Below, one piece after another: positions 22,266-33,841 of a stretch of DNA of 64,000 bases (positions are counted from its first letter, which is position 1; each line of letters opens with the position of its first letter). This stretch comes from Klebsormidium nitens (Eukaryota; Plantae; Klebsormidiophyceae): NCBI GenBank assembly GCA_000708835.1, contig DF237040.1, positions 148,611-212,610 of the forward strand. The letters run 5' to 3'. The position numbers and the translations under genes are program-made. Under the pieces are notes generated by a model. That model saw nothing but the letters and a program-made list of their open reading frames with translations. It made no database searches and was not told the DNA's origin.

Positions 22266-25200
22266 TATTCGACTTCAATTATTGCGTTCAGATCTGCTTT
22301 GCCCGGCGCCCTTGGACAAAACACAATGAGCACCTGCGCGATGGTACGTTGGGAGGTGCCCACCTGCCGGCGAAGATCATCCACGGTTGATCAATAGAAA
22401 ACTGCTTTGTAATGTACCTTCTTAAGTCGCACAAGTGCTGAAACCCTCAGAATCGAATTTTTACGGAGTCGTTCTCGGATGACTCACCAATGCTTCCGCT
22501 CTGCAGTTGTGTAGTATCTGTAGAACATCTTCTTGCCCCCCATTGTCTCTTCCGAGACGCTTGCCCTCAACAAGCGTCAAGTTTTGGGCTTCGACCGTTG
22601 ACTTTCTTTTCCATTTCGCAACGGACCGACTGCACCAGCGCGAATCTTCGCCGTCGAGTTGCGAATTCCGAACAGTTTTCCTGACCGGAGGCAGGATTTT
22701 GGTCAGATCAAAGGAGCAAATAACTAGATAAGCAGCTCGATGTTTCGACGTCTCCGAGCAACTCTCCCCCGGCGGATCCCTCTGCCTTAATTAAGGCATC
22801 TGCTTAGTAAGCGCTGCAATATCCTGCTGCGCGCTCCGCCCACTTACGGCCTGCCACGTGTCACCCTGCCCCTGGGAGCTTGTCCGGGGGGCTTCTCCCC
22901 TGTCTTGGTCATTCCGTGGTACGCAAACAGCTGCCAAAGGCAGCTTAGAGCTTCATATGCGGATGGTGAAAGATGCTGGTATATCAAAGTTCTCGCTGTA
23001 CTCCTCTTTTCGAGACTTCCAGGTTCGACTTTGTGCGTGAGAAAAAGAATCGGCAAGGTGGTTGTGACGAAAGCAGAAACTCCGTTTGCCAGTAGTCGCT
23101 CTCTCGATCGCCGTTGTCAATGGAGTCCGCTCACATGAACGTTCCGGCGACTTCTGGCCATTCCGTTTCCGCACGTTTTCCCATTTTGCCTTGCCTATGT
23201 TCTCTCCTCTCAGAGCGTAGGGCCGAACACCGTTCCTTTCCGTGTCGTTCCGTCCTCTCAGACGGGGGACGGAACGGTCAAGTAGCGAGTGGCGCTTGAG
23301 ATTGTGGATCCGACACTTGCGAACCTCGTCTAAAATATCTGGTTCCGGTCAGCGCAAGGTATTTCGCCGTCTGGTTTTCTCCTCAGGACTAGCAAGTAAA
23401 ATTCTCCTGCCTCAATCGTAGTCGGCTCTCCGTCAGGCAGCCCTTCTTTCCGGCCTCCAAAACGCCCGTTTTGGAATTGATTTTTCTTAACCCTGTCGTA
23501 AAGCTTTCTAAGTTTGCAGCTTCTAATTTTCGCATGGCAATCGCCCGCAGTTTTCTCGTCCTCAGACTGCGACTACAAAGCAAAGAATGGCCTATGTAAC
23601 CCAGGCCCCAATATGTCGAGTCTCCTCTACAAAAGTTCAACTCTTGTATGAAAGCGTGGCTCTTTCTTTTTCAGCCACGTGTCCTGAGGACCCAAGCTGT
23701 ATTTCTTCCGAACTACTTCCGCCTCTGACTTCTGTTCTTAAGGAGGCCGTATCCGAAAGGAAAAATAGTTTCTAAGTGAATCGCAGTCGATGTCGAAAGG
23801 GCATCTGGTTCTTTACCGCGTACAGAAGCAATCTGGTCAAAAAAGCGCAACATTGATTGTCGAATGAGTGCGTTCCTTGAATAGCAACTGGCTGAAAGTC
23901 AAATCATTTTGAGGATGTAATTACAGCGATGTCTCTCCATTTCTATTGGTATTTCGACAGCAGAGTGATCACGCCAGGATTCTCAGCGACTGTCGGACTC
24001 GCCAGAGTTTTCAGCCCACCGTCGGGCTTCGGAGCGAGCGGCGTTCGGATCGAGGATGCACGTGGCAAGCAAGTTGCGGGGTTCGAGGATCAAGATCTTG
24101 AAGAACCGTTTGTATCGAGTCCAGGCAATTAGGACCTAACTTGTAGTCGTGATATTCGAGAAGAAGGAAGGGGATTACTCTCGACAGCTGGCCTGATTAA
24201 AACCCATGCACAGGGCAGCCAAAGAAGGAAGATGACCTAGTAAACGAGTATTCCCTGATACTTTGAAACATTTCTCTAGTAGATTGCGAACAAAAGTCAG
24301 CACGACAATATATCTCTGCTTTCAAAGACGGCACGGATTCCCCTGGGCGTCTGCGGAATCCTCGAACGGACCTCTTTCGTCGAGAAGTAACCTGGAATGT
24401 GGGCAAAGACCCACTGGTTGTCTGACGATCACTCACCTCAACAAGGGACTTCTAGACTTTTGGTTGCCAAGAAGCTCATTGGGTGAATTTTACCTTCCTC
24501 TTACCGTCTGAGAAAGGTCTGAGGCAATTAGTGTGTGAGACTACAGAACTTAAGCTGTTCCCTGTGCTAAGTGAATTGAGCGAAGTGTTGAGACTAGCTG
24601 GGCAGTTAGCCGACAATCTTGAGCATATCTTGCTCTGATGCATCTTTTCCGTAGGAAGATAAACGATTCTAGATTCCTAGATACAATCTTCCAACTTGAA
24701 CTCCGTCTGCGACCAAAGCTTCCGTTAAGGACAGGGGACATCATTGAAGGCCTTGGGGTTACATAAGTTCCAAACCAAAGTGTCGTTTAAAATGGTCAGA
24801 CGGAACGCAGGCAAGAGCATCTTGAAATGAGATCATCTTGCGAAGCTTCAATCATGCTTGGAGGAGAGTTCCCTAGAGACGCGGCAGCTAAGGTAGCAAG
24901 TCTTGCAGTTGTCTAATTTACCGCTTTCTTGCTGGCTTTATCCGGCTGAAACTTTGAAAATCCGTGTGAGCAAGAAGTGGCAGATATGTACGAAGTCTCT
25001 TGTCGCGATGAAGAACAAAGGTCCAGAGCTCTACGCGGAGAAGCAGTCCGCCCTGGCGCTCTTTTCTCTGAGGGGGTGCAAAGAACCCAAGAAGGAGAAG
25101 CGATAGATGAGGCAGGCGAACAGCCCATAGCACCGTTTTCTTCTCCAGCTAAAAGGAGCGAAGCGTAGCATATGATAAGTAAAACGTCGCTTTGGTCTGG

Positions 25201-25461
25201 AGCTTTGCACAGGTGGTTGATTGAAACTTTGGCCTGGCGAGGGGCAGTCCCTTAGAGGAATCAGATGGCCTTTGCTGCCCTTAAGAAAAAGTCCAGCCCA
25301 AACAGCCCCAATTTCGTCGAGGACAGAATGCAGTTGAAAACCTGAGCCTCAGGCCTGCGAGATCCGGCTGTACGTGGTCAAGCATGAGAAATGAGCCCCA
25401 ACCCCGCCCGCGGTAAAGCAAGGCAATACCCAACTTTTCTGGGCGTCTGAGCTTTTGTAAG

Positions 25462-28400
25462 ATGGGTCCTCCATCACACGGAGGATCTGTGAGTTTTCGG
25501 GTGTTCACACTCTGCCTTCTGGTGGGCTCTTGGCTGGTGGAAAGGGGGGCTGCGCAGTGCATTCCCACCACGGTTGAGGCGAAGGTCCCAGGTAAGAGGT
25601 GTGTCATTCCTTCGCCTTCTGAGATGCAATAGTTGCTTAAGAAAACATGATGTGCGTAAGAAACAGGTCTGCTTTCAAATTCTCAAACCTTGGTGGGAAA
25701 GAAAGTAGAAAATGATAGAAGGACATTCCTGTTGATGGGGGGCTCGTTTTACGGCGATTTTTGCTCACTCGTTCCCGCTTACCTGAGCCCGTGAAAGGGC
25801 CACCAGATCTCTTCTTTTGCCTAACGGAATTCAAAAGCGCACAGGGGTTTCTGCCCGCGAAAGTGAAAGTCGGTCTGTCTGTGAACTTTTCAGTTCCACT
25901 TCTCGCAAGATTGACCTTCCTTCTAGTGAAAGCAAAGTATATGCACCATAAATGTGCCAGAGGTTATTCCAAATCAATCAGCCATCCCGTTCCGGTTCCG
26001 CAGGCCTGGCGGTGCCGTACCTTTCCACGTGCCTGAACGGATCTTATTCGCTCAAGTTTGCTGACGGCGTCTCTTCCCACACCGTGGTCGTCACAATTCA
26101 AAGCCCCACCGGACAGACCGTCTCTATTACAGGTAAAGCTGGTTAGGCCTTCGCTGGACGAAAATCTTTCCTTTAGTCTTAGGGGCCTCTTATTACTGAG
26201 AGCAGCTAAATCGTACCCCTGCCAACGCAGTGAAATAATTCCAAATGGAACACGTGGCTTTATGTTGCTCTGCTTTCCGACCCGCAAGCGCGTCATGAAG
26301 GTTGCAGGTTCACGTAACTGTCTTGCCCCGCACGCGGAAAAAGTGTTGCCGATCTTACTAGAGTACTTTGATCCATCGAAACTCTTCCGCTAGTCCTCGT
26401 CTGACTTTCGTAGCCAGGAGCGTCAGGTCTTGTACGCGAAGATTTTGTTCTCGAATGCGCTCAGAACAAGTCGTCTTCACGAATGTCACCAGTGCGTATA
26501 GCATGAGCGAGCGGTGGGCACACGGTTGCAGCATCGAGAGTGTGGTTTCATCGGTCGCACCGTCTGGGATCTTCTTGCTTTTAAAAAATGATTATCGTCG
26601 AGACTTTGACCGGTGCCTTCGCATACTTGACCGAAACAAATGAAGGACAATAACAAGCTGCCAACCGAAACTGTCGCCATACACTGGTACCACTGAAATC
26701 TCTTCTGCAAGGTAATCTGAACAGCCAGATCACAACCCTAACGGTGGGCCAGCCCAACGGGCTCGCCAGCACGTGCCAGGGTTTGGGGATCTACGCGCGC
26801 TCCGAAACGGCGCCGCTGGCGGGCGCCGCGGCCGCGCTGGTTCTGAAGAGACCCTCCGGGGGTTTGCTCAAGCAGAGCGCGCTCACGGGCGACGGCGGCC
26901 GCACCGCGGTAGCCACGTGTCTTGGCTCGAGCAACCAGTACCAATTGCTTCTGAGTGGCGCAGGTGAGGGAGTTGGGTTATCTGGTCTTGTTTGTCCACT
27001 TTCCGTTTCTGTTCATGTAGTACCTGAACTGGATGAAGAAACAGTTTTCTGCTTGTCGAGATTCACTGAATGCCGAGCTACCCACGATCCCTCGAACGTG
27101 GAGTATTTTCCTAGGCGAATTCGGCTCAGTGCTCGCCTGTCTCATCGAGCTGCCAGGCCCCCTGACTCCTTCGCTTCGCTTCCACGCCCCCTTCGTTGTA
27201 GCCAGAATCGAAAGGCTGGCTTCAAATGAGAAAAACGGAAAGTGTACCCGATGAAAGTGAGCGCAGCGCAGCCGCAGCTCATGAAACAAAGCAACAAAGC
27301 GGTTTCCACGTTCACACCAACAAAATTGAGAGAAAAGCTGTGCGAATGCAGTCGAGGAAAAGAGCAGTCGTTAAGGGGTTCATGACCGGCAGGTTTGGAG
27401 AAAAATAAAACTCTTAGTATTGCTGTGCTCTCAGGATCCGTGTTTCGAGCGACCGTTTAATGATAAACCGCATCCACGAAGGCAACTCCGAAATCTTTGG
27501 TGGGTACGGCGAAAGCCCACCCTACTCTAGGTCTTCCAAAGAAACCCTCAGAACATTTCATCTAATTCAAGTGCACACCAAGCCTAAGCTATACATTGCC
27601 GTAAAGCTGACAAATTCCCGAAATTTCTCCAGATGCCCCTCTTCCCGGATCAATCTTTGTCCAAGCGTTCCTGACACCCACCGTTTGCACGGGCTTAATC
27701 TTCGACACGACCCCCGATATTCCGATATCCCTCGTCCCCGGTCAAGCAAGCGTCGTCAAACCCTCCTTTAACCCGCCTCCAAACCCGTCCGCTAGCGCGG
27801 TCAATCTAGGCCCCTCGGGGACGTTTACGGGTCCGGGGTTTACGATAACCCGGCCAATCCAAACCCAGAATCAAACTACGTCCCCAAATTTGCCCGGTGA
27901 ACCGACTGCAAACACCGCTAACCCGCCCACTAACCCGGTCATATACCAAAGCACGCCCGGGACGTTTCCCCCGGTCGTCGATCCCAGAACAGGACTAGTG
28001 ACCCCGGGCGGACCGATCCCTGTTGGCACTAACCCGGGCGGTAACCCAAGCAGGGTTACGGGCAGTTCACCAAACCCGGTTCCCGAGGGAAGTTCTGGTC
28101 CGCAAAGCGTTAGCGACTCAAAGGAGAGCAGGAAATGGGTCGCGATCGTGGTTCCGATGCTAGTTATCTGCGTGCTAACGAGCGTAGTCGGCGGGCTGGT
28201 CTTTTTTTTCGGGTTACGGAATGTGCGGAGGACGGTTACGGAGCAAATGGCGGAACTGCGGAACGCTCTGATCGGCCGCAGCCGAAGCGGCAGTCCGAGG
28301 GACTACCGCCAGTTCGCGGTTGCAGCAAACCAGGGAAGGGTTAACGGCGTCAGCTCTCGTTCAGAAAACTTAACCCGGGGCCGTGAGAGGGATCCCCCCC

Positions 28401-31400
28401 AAAACTTCAGCGGCGAATACGACGATCTACGTTGGGGCGCTGCTGACGTGGCAAACCCTGAACTGGGCCGAACCAGATCTGGGTTAAGTCGGAACCAGTC
28501 TGGGTTTGGTCCCGACCACTCCGGGTTCGGTCGAGATGAGAGCGGGTTAAGACAGAACGGATCGTCCTTAGTCCCGCCCAGAAGAGGGGTTCGACCCCCC
28601 AATCAAGAAACGGCTTTCCAAACGGACAGAGAAACCGGTCAGCATCGGAGGCTGGAACGGAACCCTAGCCAGTTGCCGGGAGTTGCGGGAGCGGGACACG
28701 TGGCAGACTCGCGGGGCTTACATGGTCAAGGGTCGGCCAGAACCGTGAGGTTAGACCCTAACGGGGACGGTCAGGTTAGGACGGGGGAAAGCAGGGGGCG
28801 TCTCAGAGAGGGTAGCGCGGAAATGAAGAGGACGCTGACGTTTCCCGCCGCAGAAGAAGGCACGTGTTCTTTGCTCGTTCGCTTCCTTCTTGTCAGCTTC
28901 CTTCAATCAACCCTGGTGTATTCATTTGTAAATGCCAAAGTTTTTGAAGATTTTTCTTGTTGGAAGGTATTTCGAAGCTTCTTATCATCTCGAACTTTCA
29001 AAAGGCAAAAGCTTCTCCTCACTTCGAACATTTGTAACGGCAGAAAAGGCTTAGGAGGGTTCGAAACGTGCTAGGCGGAAGTCCGAGCTGCAAGTCAAGC
29101 ATCCATAGGTATCGAAGCTGCGCAACCGCTCCGATTGAGTCGATCTGACTGTGTTCGTTCCCATATCGATCTCTATCAATCCTCCTTCCCTCTTTCTGGG
29201 CCTCGAATGATTCTCCGGCTTAAGATCCTCTCTTTGAAGAGTTTCCAAGTAAGTGGCGATTGCGCAGATTGGTTCAAACCACTATATTATCGCCTCAAGG
29301 CTGAACGGTCCCCGTCCGAGGGTTCCCGTGTAATGTTTTGGTGCGTCATGTTCCTTCGAACGGTCTGACCGACTTGAGGGCTGACCTTCGACTTCGATCC
29401 GTTCACCTTTCTGGTTCAAACGGTGAAAGATGGTTTGACGAAGTGTATGCTCTACGATGATGACTCTACACAAGTTTAGAGGGCTTTCAAAGACCCACGC
29501 TGAAGTACTCCGAAATTGGCCTTTTATTGAAGATGGTCTACTCAAAGAGATTGATATCATCCTCTGCGCGCTTCTGTCAAGAAGTTGTCGTATCGCTTTA
29601 CACGCTAGGACAGCGAAAACCAGAGTGTCTCAATCCGATTCAAATTGTCGTCGTTTTTACAATCCTCACTTCCCTTGCAGCCATCTCGAAGCTCTTCAGT
29701 TGGGCACGCACCAAACCCGCCGATGCTCCCGAAAGAAGCACAGCGCCGCTCCTCCCAAAAGCAAGAGACCCACTCAGAGTCGGACACGTGTACGTCCCCA
29801 GTCAACCCTCCTGGGGTCAGCGAACCAAACCCCGAACCTCAGCCGGCGACACCGCGGCCGCGGCCGCGGCTCCCAGCGCTGACGTTATGGGAGCGCGCGC
29901 GCAAGAGAACGATCTGGAAGCAGCGCGCCACAGTTTGAGCGACTTGGAAGAGGGGCCTTTGGGCGAGCATCATGGCGGGGGGCTGATCGGAGGAGCGCAT
30001 CTGCCCCCCCTTGGGAGAGAAAGGCCGACGTATGCTAATCAAGGGATGGAACGGACTTCCGCTGCCCTGGGCGGAGCGAGCGGAATGGTTGCTGGGCGAG
30101 GGCTGTTCCGGCCGAAGTCGGGGGTTCCGCTTGCCAACCAAGACACGCTCGGAAGAGCGAACAGAAGGGAGCCGGAACGGAGGGACGGAAGAGTCAGCGA
30201 TGCGGAGATGGAAGAGGAGCCATTGGGAGATCTGGACGAAGGAAGACAGGGAGTCGTCATACGAGGATTGGGACCGATTGAAGAATCTGGTTTGAGAAGC
30301 GCAGTTCTTGGACCAGGGAAAACCCCGAATAGATGGGAGAAACGTGGGGTGCCGGATAGGAGGAAAAGCGTCGACTCGCAGAGTTTGGGATCCACGGTGA
30401 CCAAACGCGTGTCTGACATCGGAAGACACGTGGGCGGCGAAAAGGGCGCCACGTTGCTGGATAAGGATTGGGCTGTCGCGAAGCAAGAGACCGGAGATGG
30501 GGCTCCCCAAACCAAGGGTGAGGGTTTACTTTTCGAAACGCAGCGTTTTCGAGAAAACGAGAAGGCTTTCGGCGTCGGATCACGACTGGAGAAAGAAGCC
30601 CGTGATGGAGAAAATAATCTGGGTCAAGCGGAAGGGGTTTCCGGGTTTGCGGAGGCGACCGCGGCCACCCGAGAGGGCTATCGCGTGGATGACGTCAGGA
30701 ATCCGGGTTTAGAAAGAACGTCAGGTCTGCAGTCCAGTGCTGAGGAAAGGAGCGGACGGCGGAATTCCGTTGCGCTGAGCGGGGAGCGTTTCCGCGGAGT
30801 CGTGTACGCTTCTCCGGACCCGGTGAAAGCGGAATCCTTCGACAAGGTGCGCGAGTGGTTCAGCAGGGGGGACCACGGTGAGAGCAATCCGGGCGGCGCG
30901 TTTACCGCGGCGGAATGTTTTGGAGCGGAACGGAACGGTGCGGAACGGACTGGTCTAGAGCGCGACGGAACGCAACGGGAGAAAATGGAGGCGGGGACCC
31001 GAATCAAAGAAGAGGAAAGCCGTTCGAAGCGGCAGGTGGCTTTCGAGAGCGGACGATCGGAGAGGAGAGGACATTCGGACAGGAGGGAGGTCCGAAACGG
31101 AAACGGAATAGGCCGGTACGTTCAGGCGGAACGGAGTCCGCTCGCGAGCAACCAGGACTATTGGGAGAAAGAGAGCCTGCTCTTCGGAAAGAGGCCCCCT
31201 CGGTGGGACGCTTCCCCTTCCAAAGCCGCGCACGTCGCGCAAGTTTCTGAAGGCAGGAACGAGACAATTGCGCGGGGCCCCCAACCCACTCGCGCAACGT
31301 TTCGGGACGACAAGGCATCCGAAAAGGTGGGCGCGAAATCCGGGGAGAGCGGCAGAGCGCGACCAAGTGACACGTGGCAAACAGGGAAGTTAACCAGAGG

Positions 31401-31560
31401 CGGCGGGGATGTGCTGCGCGCGCGGGAGAAGCTGGCGGAGGAACTAGAGGCGGGGGGATGGACCCCCGACCGGGCGGACGTGGAAATGGTCGACTGCCTG
31501 CTCTTTGATCTGCCCGAGATGGTGGCCTCGGTGCAACACCTCCGATCGCAGCTAGAATAG
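25462..31560 (+). CDS. Uncharacterised type I single-pass membrane protein with a long disordered cytoplasmic tail
   Basis: Exons 25462-25591 (signal peptide MGPPSHGGSVSFRVFTLCLLVGSWLVERGAAQ), 26004-26132, 26712-26963, 27633-28859 (Pro/Thr stalk, TM WVAIVVPMLVICVLTSVVGGLVFFFGL) and 29681-31560. All introns are phase 1. The last join needs a GC donor, so 29681-31560 could be a separate gene. Confidence 0.65.
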
Positions 31561-32825
31561 AGTACAACGCGCATGAATCGTAACACTTGCTACTCGCAAA
31601 TTTGACATTCAGTCCCTGTTTGGAACAACGTTGATTCTACAAAACTCCAGGCAATCTTGTTCGCTCTATACCGAGTATAACTGTTGCAAAGACGTTGGTG
31701 CTCTTGTCGTCTTCTAGTGCACGATGGATTGCAAAATCAAGGGCGTTGTTTGCCCACCTTACAACGTCTAGAAAGGTGAAACAGTGAGGTATATTGGGGT
31801 GTATTCTGAGCAACGTCTCGCCGGTGGAAAATTGAGAAGTGTTCGTTTCCAATACAGGACGACAAATTGACTGGTTACTTTAAGCGTATTTGCGTCAATA
31901 TGCTGGCTTCTCATTCCGGCTTCTGACTTTCCAGACCTTTCGCTGGTCCAGTGGGGTTACCAAAACAAGCTTGTACATCCCATCCAAACAGCTGCGTAAC
32001 GGCTTTGATTCGGACCATTTATGGCTGCCGACTGTCATGACTCAAGATCATCTGTCGTTTTCGTTCGATATTATAAAAGCAATGATTGGTGTTTGAAAGT
32101 AACGAGCGTCTATGGGCTCAGTTATCTCACCCTGTGTACATGTCGGCTTCCTGAACTCAATTTGAGAATCTTAACACGCACGTTCGATTTCAAAAGCATC
32201 TAGTAGCTTGCAGGAAGGACGATTCAGGCGCAAGAGGGCCCTGCACTAATCACGCTAGAGGCCTTGTGATCAAGTCAGATGAGCGCCGGGCCCCGGCCGG
32301 GCAGTCCCAAAACAAATGGCTGATGAGCGGAGTACGTACTATCGGATCGCCGTGTCGACTAGCAGGCCCTGTATTGATTGTATAAGCAGGGCGGTGTCTT
32401 TCAGATGCCTCGGAAGCGCCAAAATTGATATATTTTTGGATGTGCTGAATCGGGCTGAATCATTCATTCCCCATTCATTTATGACACATTTATGACCCCC
32501 GATCGACCACTTGTGATTTGTGTGCATAGATGGCATTCTTTTATCGGGAGCGGCGGCAATCAGGTGTCAAAAACACTTGGACCAAGAAGTACATGAAACA
32601 CTCGTTTGAATCGGCTGGCCAGCTGCTCGTTATCGGCCATTGAACGCCTGGATCCCGCTGGGATACAGTATGATGGCGGTCGTTTTGATTGATCTTGATT
32701 TTGTTTATTATACGTCTATAACTACCCTTCAGCTTCGATGTGTGACAGCCATTCGTGCAACGACCTCCATATGGGAAGCGGCCGACCCGTTTCCTTGCAC
32801 AAGCCTGATTCCGAAGGGCGAGCAA

Positions 32826-32857
32826 GTTCCGGCCTTGTTCCGGCCTTGTTCCGGCCT
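32826..32857. repeat. 11-bp tandem repeat (GTTCCGGCCTT) x3
   Basis: Directly visible in intergenic sequence. Confidence 0.85.
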
Positions 32858-33841
32858 GAGTCTTGCATTTGCATCCGCCGGAGCCACTGCAATCGATTGA
32901 ATACGTCTGGCCTCAAGCTTAGCGCGCGCGCTGGTGCAGTCCGTGACATCAGCAAAAAGCAACAGCTGTCCGTAGGCATATGTATTATGTACGAAATATC
33001 AGGGGGCAAGGAATATTCTGTTCGCACCGATGAGGCAACTGGTGGCCGGTGACCACCATGCACCAGAGGTACCGGTGACCAATCTCTACTGCTATATACT
33101 AGGTACTTATCAGCTAGATTAGCTAGCTCGATCCCCGGACTGGAGTGGTAGAGTGTCCGGCTTAGAAACGGTGTGTTCAGAATTTGGCACAAGAAGAATT
33201 TTATAGAAAGCGCGTTTGAGCCTTGCAAGTTGCAGTTGCCATTGGGGAGATTGAGCTCTGAGTCCTGCAACTCTGAGTCTAGGTACTACCGCGGTATAGG
33301 ATACGGTACCCTGGAATCTGGATAGGAAGAGACTGCTCGCCTGCATGGGCGTCAATAGGCTGAGGATGCTCGCAGCTCCACAAACAGAGCTCTGACCCTG
33401 TTTTGGGGCGCCCTTCTCTCTTGAGCTGCGCGTCACTCAGCTCCACTCAATTTCACGGCTTCTAAAAAGGGGCAGCGTCCTTAGGCTTTAAACCCGATTC
33501 TTAGGGGTCCCTTAAATAGCATCTACGACCGGCGAGCGGGGGTTTTGCCAGCTTTGTACAGCACTTGCTCTCATTGGGGTGTTTCTAGCATGTCATTGGC
33601 AAGGAACACCAGACGCTCTTGTCTGTCTGTCGCGGACAGGATCCTGGTCAGCCTGACAAGGGGGCTTCCCATTGAAGGGGCTGCTGAACAGGTTACTCTG
33701 CAGAAAGCTGACTTCAGCTGAAAAGTTAATTCATTCAAGTTAGCCTGAAAGTCTCGCCAGCTCCCTTGCAGTAATGCTGCAAACACCATGTAGCTGACCG
33801 CAACTAGGCGTGTCTCTGCTACAGTGCTAGTGAGAACAAGA

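Noticed and set aside
24977-25168. 63-aa ORF upstream of the membrane protein gene
   Set aside because: It could be a uORF, but there is no motif or splice support.
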